DNA of 62,829 nucleotides, counting the filler, from Rhabdomonas costata (lineage: Eukaryota), in assembly GCA_019059605.1 (NCBI GenBank). It is 22 parts of 22 records of this genome, joined end to end, with 100 filler letters (N's around TTAATTAATTAA, not from the genome) between each part and the next. Parts side by side here need not be neighbours in the genome. Positions count along the whole stretch, not along the records: positions 14,326 to 17,085 come from JAHMHO010002130.1; positions 17,186 to 19,985 come from JAHMHO010002131.1; positions 20,086 to 22,842 come from JAHMHO010002132.1; positions 22,943 to 25,701 come from JAHMHO010002133.1; positions 25,802 to 28,560 come from JAHMHO010002134.1; 17 more parts are not named here. One strand, written 5' to 3'. Positions 14,326 to 26,575 of the stretch are shown piece by piece (the stretch's first letter is position 1; each line of letters begins with the position of its first letter). Below the pieces are notes generated by a model, which was not told the origin of the DNA, made no database searches, and was given only the letters and a program-made list of their open reading frames with translations. Both the position numbers and the translations under genes were made by a program.

Positions 14326-14452
14326 CACTGGGGCAAAGAAAAGTGTAGCGGGCCAAAAACATCCCTAAAACGGCCTTTACAAAACAAATATTTGGCATTT
14401 TGTGGGTGTAAAGTGTCGTTGTCGAGGATTTCCAGGTGCCTCCTCCAGAATG
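14326..14452 (+). repeat. 127-bp terminal direct repeat, left copy
   Basis: Matches 16959-17085 with 3 substitutions. Confidence 0.95.
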
Positions 14453-14723
14453 CAGATGAGTATCGTGGTCGGGAGGTAACCTCTTACCTATCTAATTGAC
14501 TAATTAAACTTTATCCACAGGCATGATTTTAACACTTGGCACTTTTGGCACTTTTGGCACTTTTTACGCTTTCAAAGATCTTCTGGAGAGGAAGTGTGAT
14601 CACCGGTCTTTTACTTGGATGGTATAATTGGATGCTCTGGAAAAGCTGCAAAAATGGCAAAACGCATCTTGGATGGGACAAACCACTTGTTTTGGATTTG
14701 CGGAGAGAAACAAATCAAATACA

Positions 14724-14795
14724 AAGTTTGACCCAGGACTCGAACCAGAACTTCCCAACTATGAGATGGCTATTTCCTATTTGAGCCTGAAACTT
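14724..14795 (-). other. Degenerate tRNA-like / Pol III A-box and B-box element
   Basis: Minus strand: aagttt..aaactt acceptor-like stem, aggctcaaatagg A-box-like motif, ctCATag loop, perfect GGTTCGAGTCC B-box. Stems are imperfect. Confidence 0.4.
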
Positions 14796-15314
14796 CCAGT
14801 ATTGAATTGCGGTCGGCGGACTTCAACTCTAGCAGCATACAAGAAAAGACATGCAATTTGTAATATTTGGTTTTGTGACCCAGACAGAGCACTATGTGTG
14901 TTGGGGGGGCGAATTCTTAACTCAGAAATCGACGTTTTTGGCTCCACTGAACAATGCACGCGGGGAAGGCAAAAACAGCCTTTGTAAACTCCTTTTTTTG
15001 CCTTTTCTGGTGTATAAAGATAGTAAAAGGCTGGGGCTGCGGCTGGAGTGTTGGCCACTATATACTTCCTGTAGTCAAACTCCAGGATTTTGTTGTCGCT
15101 TCCTTGTTTTCACCTGTACTTAAAGATGTTTGTACTTTGTCCCAGCAAATTCTAAAATTGCATTTTCGTTGTGTAAACGCACCCCCGACCAATAAAAATA
15201 GGGTATCCAAAACAGCGATACCAGAAGCAGTGATTCTCTTTGGTTTTAAATCATGCCTGATGAGTTCCAAGCGTTTCCGTTTCATTTCTAAGGCTAAACG
15301 TTCGTGCATTTTCT

Positions 15315-15388
15315 GCCCAGAGCATGGTTTGAAACCCCGTGAACTATGCAACAATAAGCGATTTTAATAACCACTGCGCCACGCTAGA
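15315..15388 (-). other. Second degenerate tRNA-like element (initiator-Met-like ends)
   Basis: Minus strand AGCGTGGCGCAGTGG (A-box) ... GGTTTCAAACCATGCTCTG (B-box-like). The central arm does not fold. Confidence 0.3.
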
Positions 15389-16958
15389 GCCTTAGTAAAG
15401 AAAACGGGGGCTCCCAACATAACCATTACATCAATATCACCACATTTTTCTTAAGATTTCTGAACTATTTTAGATGCTCATTCAAACTTCCTCATCTTTT
15501 TGAAATTTAACTAAATGTGTCTGTGTTATTACAAAGCCTGATTGGCAATAACTGGTAGAATTGGCAAATGTGTCGTAAGTGTTTTTAAAATATTGCGGTG
15601 GACACTTTTATTTGGCGAACTCAAAAAGTAGGAAACCAGTTTCTCCCCTGTAAAACTCCTGAAAACACAAACTCAGACCAAAAAGTGCTATAACTGGTTT
15701 TGAAAAGAGACTCAAATTAAGACAAGGATAAAATTCAGGTACTTATGGATACCAACGAGCTCGGCTGACAATGTTTTTGGTGGTATGCTTTTCAGAACAA
15801 AGAGGGGTCACAGCATCTTTGTATCTAAATGTAGATTTTTCTCCACCTAAAAACATTCAATCAGAAAGTGTCTCATTTTTACAAGAAGGCACACAAAACG
15901 AGAGTCTCATAAGTTCGCCAAATAAAAGTGTCCACCGCAAAGTAATGAGGTTTTTGTTGTATTTGGATAACTTTAGTCAATGTGCTAAATGTATGAAAGT
16001 AAAAGTTTTGGTTTTTGAGCAAATTTGTGTTTTGGTCCGAGATTTTAAGCTCTCAGCAAATTAGTATTGTATCTCTTTTTATGTTATCAGCGGAATCTAA
16101 ACTCTATGATTGACTTTGCTTAAACTTAGACTCATAAACATAAAGTTTCATTGCAATGTTGTTCTTGCCCACTTTTCGCTAATCTACGACATCAGGAGGA
16201 ATTAACACCATTTGATGAATGCATTACCAACGCATGAGGCATCATCACACATTCCTACTGCTGTTAGATTTTGTCACAATACACAAAAACAACAGAACCA
16301 GATCAAAATATCCTACACAACAACACATCACAAGACGCCATTAAAACAAGACACAGCAATGCCCACATAACAAAAAGTATCGCACAAATTTACCACAATA
16401 CCACATACACATAAAAAACATAGAACAAAGAATAGGACACCCTACAGCGCTGGATACGAACGACAATACGACTAAGAAGAGCAACAACTAAAGCTAATAC
16501 ATTTCCTAAATAAACACCCATAAACCAACTCCAAAATGTCCAGAAAAAACACCCCGTGGAATCTCGTAACCGTAACGATTGCAGGTAAGAACAAGATATC
16601 GGAAACAATAACTCAACTAATAAACAAAAAGCAAAAAAGAACGCTTACCCTAAGAGAAGCAGTCACAAACACACACACCACGCAACAAACTGGAGCATTC
16701 CACCCCACAGAATGCCAAGAAACCGCACAAGAGGTTACGAGCAAAGAGCTCGCACACACGCGCGTGAACCCTTGCAACCGACTGTGTAGCTCTTATCCAC
16801 GTAACAAAAGGTCTTCAATGTTTGTGTGTGCTTGGGTGTTTTTTTGTGTTGTTAGTGCTATGAACATGGTTGCAGTGTATGCTGTGAGCTGTGTTTGGTG
16901 GTCTTTAGTTGTGAACATTTCCTGTTGGTGGAAGGTAGAATTTTTGGATCAAAACTCA

Positions 16959-17085
16959 CACTGGGGCAAAGAAAAGTGTAGCGGGCCAAAAACATCCCTA
17001 AAACGGCCTTTACAAAACAAATATTCGGCATTTTGTGGGTGTAAAGTGTCGTTGTCGACGATTCCCAGGTGCCTCCTCCAGAATG
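16959..17085 (+). repeat. 127-bp terminal direct repeat, right copy
   Basis: Matches the contig start 14326-14452, giving a unit length of 2633 bp. Confidence 0.95.
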
Positions 17086-17433
17086 NNNNNNNNNNNNNNN
17101 NNNNNNNNNNNNNNNNNNNNNNNNNNNNNTTAATTAATTAANNNNNNNNNNNNNNNNNNNNNNNNNNNNNNNNNNNNNNNNNNNNGGGGAGGGTGCGAGC
17201 AGACGGACTATTGCGGCTCGAAACTCGGCTGGGGCCGGCAGTAATGCTAGCGAGTGCGGAATGTCTTGAGTAACGCGTCTCATGCCTCGTGTGCCCCCGT
17301 GAAGGCAATGTGTGTGTATGCATGTTCGCGGGCGCGGATGTGACGTATACTCATACGCCTATGCGTAATGAATTTAAACAACACCGTGGATTTCTTTTCA
17401 ACCCCGCGCCGTATCATCCTTCTCCTCTCTCTT

Positions 17434-17469
<36 letters not shown>

Positions 17470-17480
17470 GTGGTTCTGAC

Positions 17481-19878
17481 CTGTGCCATTGCCACGCTGG
17501 GCAGCGCCATTGCAATGGACGAGAAGAACAGCGTCATTCCCACCTTGGAGATGAAGCACATCGCCAGAAAGTAGATGAACCGGCCCGCATTCGAAGCCAG
17601 GCCACTCAGCCAGTACACCAGCGAGCCGTACACCAGCACCTCGGCTAGAACGAAGGGCACCTGCGGGAATCGGCGTCAGGTCATCCACAGCCCGAAAGGG
17701 TCCCACACAGAAGCGATGCATTTTTCTTTTCTGCTGCATGGTGAGTTGCAATAGGGCGCCGGCCTTGCTCTGCCCTTTGGAGGTATTTCTGGATACCTTT
17801 TTTTTTTGGCGAACTGGAATTAATCTCGACTTGGGCTTTGGTGGACGAGTTGGAGCACGTTTAATTTCGGGGGCAGAGGTCCAGTCTGTGGCGCGGCTGG
17901 AGCGAGCGGCTGAGGTGGGTACATTGGAGTATTTGTGCGCTTTCGTGGCATGAACTTCAACAGCAACAACAACAACGTTAACAGATATACCTGCACATTT
18001 TCGCAGCGCGTTTGCAAACTGCAAACCTTTTTCTTTTGGGTGCAAAGACCCAATTCGAAGCTAGCTTTCCGTATGCAAAGCAGGTATGGCACATGCCTGC
18101 ACAGGTCAAATATGTCCTTTAGAGCAGGAAAACTCCAAAAGGCCCTTAATTAACAAAGCCCCCAAAATGACTCCTAAGATGCTGCATAGCTAGAAACCGA
18201 AGCGTTCCGGTCCACTCCGTGCCAGCATGAAGTAATCCATAATTATGCGAAGCAGCCGGGCCGAAAGCTTAGGCTCATTATGCAGGTAAACGAAGGTACT
18301 AAGACAGCGACCTTGCATCATATTTCCGACCCCTGACGTATGGTGCGCAGGTCCGGAGGCCCGCACTGAAGGATAAATCGGTGCTGCTGCAAAACTCAAC
18401 AGAAAAACAAAAAGAACGAACAAAAAATTCGGGTAGCACATACGCACCTCCACCAAGGTTTCCGCGACGACGTACGCCGACGGTGGGAAGAACGCCGCCT
18501 CGAGCTGCTTGTACAGAACACAGCGGTCCTCTAGGATGGCGGGGATCACGGACATTCCTCCAAGGGCCAGGAAGAGCAGCGCGTTGAACATCAGCGCGTA
18601 CCGCACCTGAGGTGTGCGCAAACTCCTGTCAGTGCTGGGTCGCTTCTTCGCGAAAGGGAAAGGCCTGCGAGTGCCTGCTCCAAAGGAGCGTGTGCGGGAC
18701 AGTGAGACTGCACGGACGTCAGGTGTGGTTTTGAGCGGGGCATCACCGAATCGATCTATAACAGGCTGCACCGTAAACCGAGAGACAGCTTATGCTACTC
18801 AAACCCAGCGGCATAAAAACACGACAAAAAGACTTCAGTTCTAAACGTTACGGCCGGACTACGTTCTCGATTTCGGGGAGTAATCGGGCTTGTATATAGC
18901 CCGCACAACCTTAAAAGTGAGAGTATTTGAGATGTAATCTAAAGGAAGCGATATTTCCATAGAAAAAAGTCTGCTGTGGAATTTCTGTTCAAATTTTGCA
19001 TTTGAATAGCTTGGTTGTTGGGAAATCTCCGCAAATGGCCCACTGAATGGCGCTACCTGGTGGCTTTCACTTGGCACACGACTTAAGGTGTGGTGTTTCA
19101 GAAAATTTTCACACCTTTTCGGACATTACACGATACATGACAGACATGATACACGATGTGTGTGATTGCATCTTGCCTGTGAGATTCCGTGGTCAGTATT
19201 TGCCGGATTATTGTCTCAGCTGTTATTCTCACCTTTGGCATCACCCGCACCATCCGTGTGAGCTTTTCACCACCGAAAACGCGCGCAACTGTGTGTGACT
19301 AACACGCATGTGCTTTCTTGCTTTATCTGCCCATATTTTTGAACTTTGTACCGAGCCACAACTACGAATTCGATAGTGGACCGCGCAAAAACGCACGAGG
19401 ACTGAAAATCGGAATACCCCAACACACACATACACTGAAACGTCCGATTCTCAGTTTTTAAGGTGAAGGGCCAGAACGATTATGGCCAGAATGGCAGATA
19501 CAAAGCGCAAAACTGAGGAGCAATACACTCACGCTAAAATCGTTAATGGGTTGGTCATCCGGGGCTCAAACAAAAGCAAAAAGCCACAAAAATCCGTGAA
19601 ACGTTCAACCCAAAGGGACATCTTCACTGATTTTACTCCTTTTCTTTTTCATCCATCCACAGGGTCAATGGCTTCAGCCAAAACCATGGGATCCACTGTT
19701 ACGCCCATAAGCATAACCACAGACCAAACACGCATTCACCTGGTACTGCTCAGAGTCGACCTGGAAGAACATCGTCCCAGACAGGATCCCCATGAACACC
19801 ACCTGAATAACCCGGGCAATCAGGAAGGGCTTGTTGCGGATCCGCAGCTTCATCTGCCGCGCCAGAAGCAGCCCCAAG
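17481..19878 (-). CDS. ABCG/PDR-type ABC transporter, transmembrane (ABC2) domain, three exons
   Basis: Exons 19740-19878, 18448-18606 and 17481-17660: LLLARQMKLRIRNKPFLIARVIQVVFMGILSGTMFFQ|..LMFNALLF..DRCVLYKQLEAAFFPPSAYVVAETLVE|VPFVLAEVLVYGSLVYWLSGL. Confidence 0.93.
18908..19464. mobile_element. Putative MITE-like element in the ABCG intron
   Basis: Imperfect terminal inverted repeats (accttaaaagtgagagt / attctcagtttttaaggt). Internal blocks are shared with 50616-50850. Confidence 0.55.
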
Positions 19879-21010
19879 CTGTGGACTGGAAACCCCAGCC
19901 CCAGCCCCGAAAGGGATAAAGAACGTGGGTAACTTGATCACATCAGTTCACGGAAAGATCGATGTTAACGTATGGAACACAAACCNNNNNNNNNNNNNNN
20001 NNNNNNNNNNNNNNNNNNNNNNNNNNNNNTTAATTAATTAANNNNNNNNNNNNNNNNNNNNNNNNNNNNNNNNNNNNNNNNNNNNTGTTTTTTGTTAGCA
20101 TTTGCCCCAAACCGAAGATTTTTTCTTTCGTTTTTTTCTCCTCTGGCTTCACCAGCAGGAGTCGAACCCGAAGCAGGCCCCAATAGTCGACGCCGAAGAT
20201 CATTTTTTGTTTAGTCTCAATCACCATTTTTTCACCATAAACTACGTCACTGGCGCAGACCTCCCCCATTTTAGTGAGAACGCGAGCGCAATCTTCATAA
20301 GTCGACTGAGCAGTGGGCAATTGAAGTATGCACGTATGCACCAGTAAACTCCTCCCTGAAGAACTGATGAATCACCCCGGCGGGATTGTCATGTTTTCTG
20401 TTAATAGTGTGCAGCCGAATGTAAAATTAAAAAGGAAAGTCAGCATGACTTGAGCATCACACCTCAGTATGCACAATTATGATTGGGCTCCAATGAATCC
20501 TGATACCCAGAAATGAGAGAAGGTTTCTTCCCATGAAGTTCGGTTACTATTGGTGAACAAATGCTATGTTGTATTGTACTACATCGCTGACAAGGAATTG
20601 ATAAAAGAGGGGAGAAATCGCTGGGAAAGCGCAGAATGCAAACTAACGAGAAGAATGGCTTGCGGTGTTTGATCTCTGGATACAAGCATCACCTCAAGGG
20701 AGTTTTGGGGGATTTCAGGCGACGAAGAGAAGGCGCTGGCGCGTGCTGCCTTTGAGCAGTGCGATGGGATTTGCGGCTACGATGCCATCGTCAATCTCCT
20801 TCGTTGTATGCCAACCCGTTGCCAGTGCTCGCCAGATTGGAAGCGGACACATTTGAATTTCTCAAGATCCTCTTAGAGGTTTCGAGGATAGCTTTCATTT
20901 TCTTGGAAGGATTCCTGTGAGTTATTCCAGTGTCTACTTCTCACGTTTGGGCACTGTGGGCGAATGCAGACTTTCACGACCCTTTCACTGGTCCTTTGGC
21001 TCAAAAACAG

Positions 21011-22792
21011 CGCTTGGCGTGATGGACTCTGTGGACGAGGTTCGCCGTGCATGCCAAAGCCTTCAATACGACAGCGCCTCTTACATGGGTACCCTTGTTT
21101 TGGCCTTCTTTCTTCTTCTGCGCGGGTTTTCTTGTATTGATGCGTGGATGAAGCGGAAACCGCTGAAGTGGGTTTTTCCAAGAGCCTGCGGACATGTGTT
21201 CGGCAGCCGCCATGGTTGGGCAAGTGTTTTCCACATATTTTCTCGCCCCTGTGTTGGGCACCGGTTGGGGAGGACACGGAGTTTCTTTCGCGCGTTTTTG
21301 TACATAAGCATGGGACACGTGAGGCAGGCGGAGGGTCTTGGCCTGTTGTCTGGTGAGCCGGCACCCCATATCTGACAACAGAGCTACAGGTGCGAGCACC
21401 TGTGCGGGTCTTAGGTTCCATCATCGCTCTCCTTCACCTGTGTGTGTGTGTGTGTGTGTGTTTCTTTTCTATCTTTACATCCCACAAACGTACAAAAACA
21501 CGAACAAACAGACTCAACTGTCCCTAATCAAAGAAGAAAATCTGTTGGGTCCGACGCATCGGGCGGTAATTTTTGTCAGTCCATCACCTTCATGCCGTCA
21601 TAGTAAACATCCATTTTTATGTTATTTAGGGACCGCATTTGAGCAGATTGCCAATTGGGTTCATTGTGTGGGTGGCTGAGCACCAAAGGAGACTGACTCA
21701 ACCCACTGCAGCTTTGGGTTGCCTTCTTGCTGTTAGGGATGGACAAGTTTATGGAGCTTCTGGATTGCCTGAAGCGGGCCCACAACCACGCGACGAAGCA
21801 GGCCGACGTGGAGGGGGACGCAATGGAGGCCTTTCTTGCCGTCCGCGACACCCAGCTGTTTCACTCCAGCGGATGCAACTCCCCAGTTACTGGCGGTGTG
21901 TGCTGCACGCGGCTGCTGTTTATCGGGCAGGGCGGAGTGGGGCCGTCGAACTGTTGTTTGACACCACCTTGCACATACATTTCTGTTTTTTATTCGCTGC
22001 TTCTGGGAAGCAACACTACCCACCTTTTATATTCGCCTGCCGACGTCCAGACGCATGAAAATGAGGGGTCCATTTTAATGTTTTTCTGCTCAAACATTCG
22101 CCTCCTCGCCAGGTGACTTTCCGCATAGATTACCCGCATCGGACGGTAGCGGGAGCCTTTCAGTGAGCCAGACTGACACGTTGGGCTCGTATTTAATGCG
22201 CAACGTTTCGTGGCAGCTTTCCAGACTGGCTGCCTGTTTTCCACTTTGCCGAATTTGCAATGGCATGGATGGGAACCTTTGTAGGCATGTATACATGGAG
22301 TGCTTACCACAGTTTTAGGTAGAACCGCATGCTGGCATCGGAGTGGAGCAGGAATTCTTGTATTGCTGCCCGGAAAGATTTCTTTGCCCTCTTGACCTCT
22401 TTTTCAATTGCACACGTGAGTAACAGAGGAATTAATGCTTGTCAGTGGCTCCCCTAGTGTGCCAGTGAGAGTGTGAGTGTGTGCATGCGAAGGCACACGC
22501 ACATTCCAAGGTAACAGCAACCGCTGGCATCTTTTCTGTCTTTCAGGGAGTCTAAGTCCTGCGGAAGCCTCCCCGGTGTGTGACTCGCACTCGCGCCATA
22601 TTTCCCTTGGCCACGTGCTTCTTTGCACTTCGCTCGGAATAGGTTCATCATATCCCTGTGATGCGATGGCAGTTCATGCAAAATTTCCTGCGTTGTTCCA
22701 CTGCCCTCCTTTACTCGCAGAACGGCTCGACACTCCCACCTGAAACGCTGCAGCAGATTTGTGAAGAGTACGAGCTCACCGTTGACCTTCAG
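21011..22792 (+). CDS. EF-hand protein resembling outer-dynein-arm docking complex subunit DC3 (partial)
   Basis: Exons ALGVMDSVDEVRRACQSL..|MDKFMELLDCLKR..EGDAMEAFLA|..PETLQQICEEYELTVDLQ resemble recalled DC3 motifs DTIDAFVA and CxEFELTVN. Confidence 0.5.
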
Positions 22793-23012
22793 GTGTACCC
22801 ACTCTTCTCGGGTGCCCTGCATTTCGATGTTGCCACCAACACNNNNNNNNNNNNNNNNNNNNNNNNNNNNNNNNNNNNNNNNNNNNTTAATTAATTAANN
22901 NNNNNNNNNNNNNNNNNNNNNNNNNNNNNNNNNNNNNNNNNNTTTTTTTCGAGCTTCTGCGTTGTGCACTGGCGCACACTGTGTGATTGCGTGAAGTGTG
23001 GAGGTAATTCAC

Positions 23013-25620
23013 ACGTCGTCGCAGACGCCGTCCGGGCCGCTGCCGCCCACCACCACCATCAGGTCCCCAGCCAATGTGGCGCTGTGTCCACACCGCGCGG
23101 TCGGGGAGAGATCCACGTAGGTGCCTGGCCCACACACCGCTCGCCAGCGGCCACTGGGAAGGTCATAGGCCTGCAGATTCACCAGACAGAGACTACACGA
23201 AGGGGAGTGCAAGCCACATGGAACTATTTCTTAGAATGACAGTGGAAGGGGGTGAGAGCCGTCCACCTACCTCTTCGATCAATTTAGAAAATGCACTAAA
23301 ACCAAAATAAAAAAGAAACGAAAAGATAACATGAATTCGATACAGCCTTGTGCTCCAAAATAGCTCCAGACGGGTTTGCACTTTGCTGCTGTGGTGTTCT
23401 CGACAACGGGGAAAGAAAGGGGGGGGGCGCACACCCACAGGTCATTGTAGTGGCTCAACCGCCGCCGATCAGCGCCGCTCTGCTCTACCCCACAGCCTAC
23501 GAGGGGCAGCCACAACGGGCCGAAGCAGCAAAGCCTGCTCAGGAAAAAACTAGTGTCCCTTGTTCAAATGGTCACATGGGTGCATAAAATTGTGGTTGGG
23601 AGGGACACTCGCAATCATGACGCCTTCGATAGTAGCCAGAGGCCAGGCCGAAGCCTCTACTATCTACTACCAGTGCATCTTCCACTCCAACAATACGGGG
23701 GAGCTTCATACCAAAAACTTCCTTTCGGCGTTTCTCTCCGTCAGTCTTTCAACGCTCTCCCATTTCACCAGGCAAGGTTCACCTTTAAGCCCCCACCCAC
23801 CCCTTAACCAAAAACATTCGGCGTTACTTTAGAATTGTACCCACCTCTGTCTTCAGGTTCTTTTTTGAGATGAGGAGCAACATCGGCTCCTTGGACCCTT
23901 TTATTGCCCTATGTGAGCACATCCGAGACGGCTACTTTTCAGTGACATGTGTTTATTGGCTTCTTTGACGTTACCTTTGGGGGTTAGGGTTAGGGTTAGG
24001 GTTAGGGTTAGGGATAGGATTAGCGTTAGGGTTAGGGATACGGTTAGGGTTAGGGTTAGGGTTCCTGGCCGTGGGTACAATTCTAAAGTAATGCCAAACA
24101 TTCATAGGAATTCCACATGCTCCTTTAGCAAGTATTTCCTGTTTTTTTTTACAGGAGAGGGAACAAACTTTTTCCAGCAGCGCGCGAGAAGGAAACATGC
24201 AGAACTGAAACACACACCCAAACCCGACCCTCACTCACCTCCGTAAACCAGCATGCACTGCTGCCTAAGCACGGCGCTGTGCTGGAACCGCGGCAGGGGG
24301 CGGTCGCACTCGCCACCTGAGTCCGCACGAGACTGCCGCAGCCAAGTCTGGGCCTCTGCGGGAAACAAGGACAACAACAAACACAGGAAATAAAAACGGC
24401 AGACTCTGTTCGACTCAGTCTTTGAAAATCTGAAGTGAGTTCAGGCGCCATCTGAGCGCCGGAACGAGTTCACGAGTTGTCCGCTACTCCTGAAAACCGG
24501 GGCAGCCTGTTTGAGCTCCACCCATTCTGATCGCCAGTGCTCCTGGCTGGCTGGATGTGGGCTGTGCACAGCTGGGCTTTCCCTTTAGCGAACCCGGGAC
24601 CCCAACCCCCAAGTGAGTGTCAGAGCTTCTACGGGCTTCTAGGCCATGTGTTGGCAGCAGAAAACATTGCTCAGGATTAATCAAGGCCCACTCCTGTGCT
24701 CCCCATATGCACTGTGGTAAAGTTTGGCAAAGGAGGAGGGCTTGTAAAAGTCATCCCAATGATCCGCAACTGCTTTGTTTCAAGCGCACCACAGAAAGGA
24801 GGATGCCAAAGGCTTCAAGTTTTTGTGGTAATCTTCCTGGGCGCGGAGATTATAAGAATGATGTCGCGTTGAATTTGAATTGCCAGATTCCCGCCGCCCA
24901 TCTTGCTTTCTCGTGCGACGCGTAAGTCGCCGTCCCCTCTCCTGGCCGGTGATCGCCTGGCCGGTGAGTTGCGCGCATTCAAATGCAAACTACCGCAGTG
25001 GAGGAGGTGCATGGAGTCGAAGCACCGGCCGCCCTTGCTGAGCCCCCCGTACACCACCACGAGCCCGTCCTCGGTGCACACCGCGCTGTGCCAGCCCCGA
25101 CCCTCAGGGGTGTTCTCCGGAATCAGAGGGTACAGGGGCCGCCACGCGAAACTGGAGCAGTCCAGCTCCCAGCAATCTGGGCGCGTGCGGCACGAGAGAA
25201 TACGGTCGTTTATGATTTGCAAGAAAACGGATAGTGGTGTGTGCGGAGGCGGGGTTTTGGGGCCGAAGCGCTCTTTGCTGTCTGGAAAAAACGACGGCTG
25301 GGAGCGGTTCACCACATGTGCGGAGGTGCTGGCACATGGGATGAGAACAGACGCTTCCCTAACCCCGGCATTGAGGCCACACAGAAACTAAGGGGGCCTT
25401 GGGTCGTGAGAGGGATGTTGCGGATGACCCAGTTTGTTGCTGACCAAAGACTTTCTTTATCTTGATGATTCAGAGCAATACTATACATCGTCGTCGTCGT
25501 CTTCGATTAAACACACCCGCTCCTCCCATTAACGGGGCGTCACACACCAGAGCACTCTGCGCCGTTCTTAGCGAAGCCCCCGTACAGTACAGCCTTCTCC
25601 ACGCCGCCCACCACAGTCCC
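23013..25620 (-). CDS. Kelch-repeat beta-propeller protein (partial, at least 5 exons)
   Basis: Repeated PxxRxxHSA..VYGG motifs: PEGRGWHSAVCTEDGLVVVYGG, PLPRFQHSAVLRQQCMLVYGG, PTARCGHSATLAGDLMVVVGG. GT-AG introns. Confidence 0.9.
23981..24063 (+). repeat. Interstitial telomeric (TTAGGG)n tract
   Basis: About 13 TTAGGG units with a few variants, inside a Kelch-gene intron. Confidence 0.92.
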
Positions 25621-26288
25621 CGTAAAGCTGTGCACAAACCGCGGGGAGGGGCCAGAACAAACACCCGGGGTCCCGGGGGCACAGCCACCTCCCACAACAC
25701 CNNNNNNNNNNNNNNNNNNNNNNNNNNNNNNNNNNNNNNNNNNNNTTAATTAATTAANNNNNNNNNNNNNNNNNNNNNNNNNNNNNNNNNNNNNNNNNNN
25801 NAGTGTGGCTGTCAGGGTTCGTGGTGGTATGGTGCGTTGGTTTGATGCGTTGGGTTGATGTTGGAGTGGATGTGAGGTTTGGTGCGTGTCAGTGGGTCGT
25901 TAGTGTTTTTTGTGTCTCTGCTTCTAGGGTAGTTGTGTGTCTTCCTGTATTATGCTGTTCGTGTTTCTAGGGTTGTAGGGTGATTTCTCGTATAGGTTGA
26001 CATGTCCTGGTGTTGGGGATGATGTTGGGGTCGAAGGGTGGTGTGGATGTTGTTGCTGATTCTGCTTTTTGTGCCATAGTGTCAAATATTGTCTTAGCGT
26101 ATGATGTAGTGAGGGTGTCATGCTGTTACTGAGGGTCTGGTGGTGTTGGCGTCTCAGTGTTGGTGTCTCTGTCTACGTCTCTTTGTGTCTCTAGCGCTTC
26201 CTGTGTGCTTCTGTAACAATGCTCTCTGTGTCATCCAGCTGTAGTGCTCTGTGTGTACTTCTGTTTCTGTTACGGTGTAGTGTTGTAG

Positions 26289-26575
26289 TGCTTACCCTGT
26301 GCTTGTTGCTGCTGCTGTTGTGTCATCGTGTCCTGTGCTTCGTTAGTGTTATGCGTTACTACCATGATCCCTCTTGTCAGTGCTTGTGAAGTGGTGGTGT
26401 TACGGTGTCACGATGTTAGTGCTATGTTAATGCTTTATGTTGTTGTTGTGTACTGCTTTATTGCTATGTGTGTGTGTGGATATCTTGATGTGTCTGTTGG
26501 TTCTAGTGCTTTGTTAGTGCATGATGTTGTTGTTGGCGTTACGGTGTTGTTGTGTACTGCTTTAAGCGTCCATTA
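26289..26575 (+). CDS. Candidate mitochondrial nad5 N-terminal gene module
   Basis: VVLRCHDVSAMLMLYVVVVYCFIAMCVCGYLD aligns without gaps to the recalled trypanosomatid ND5 segment LTYVCSGFYMFIMLLINMVFCFIVFYAFYYMY. A LLCTA helix follows. The rest of nad5 is absent. Confidence 0.5.

Noticed and set aside
14511-14519. TTATCCACA DnaA box in the circular-like contig
   Set aside because: A single 9-mer with one partial copy and no rep gene or bacterial context.
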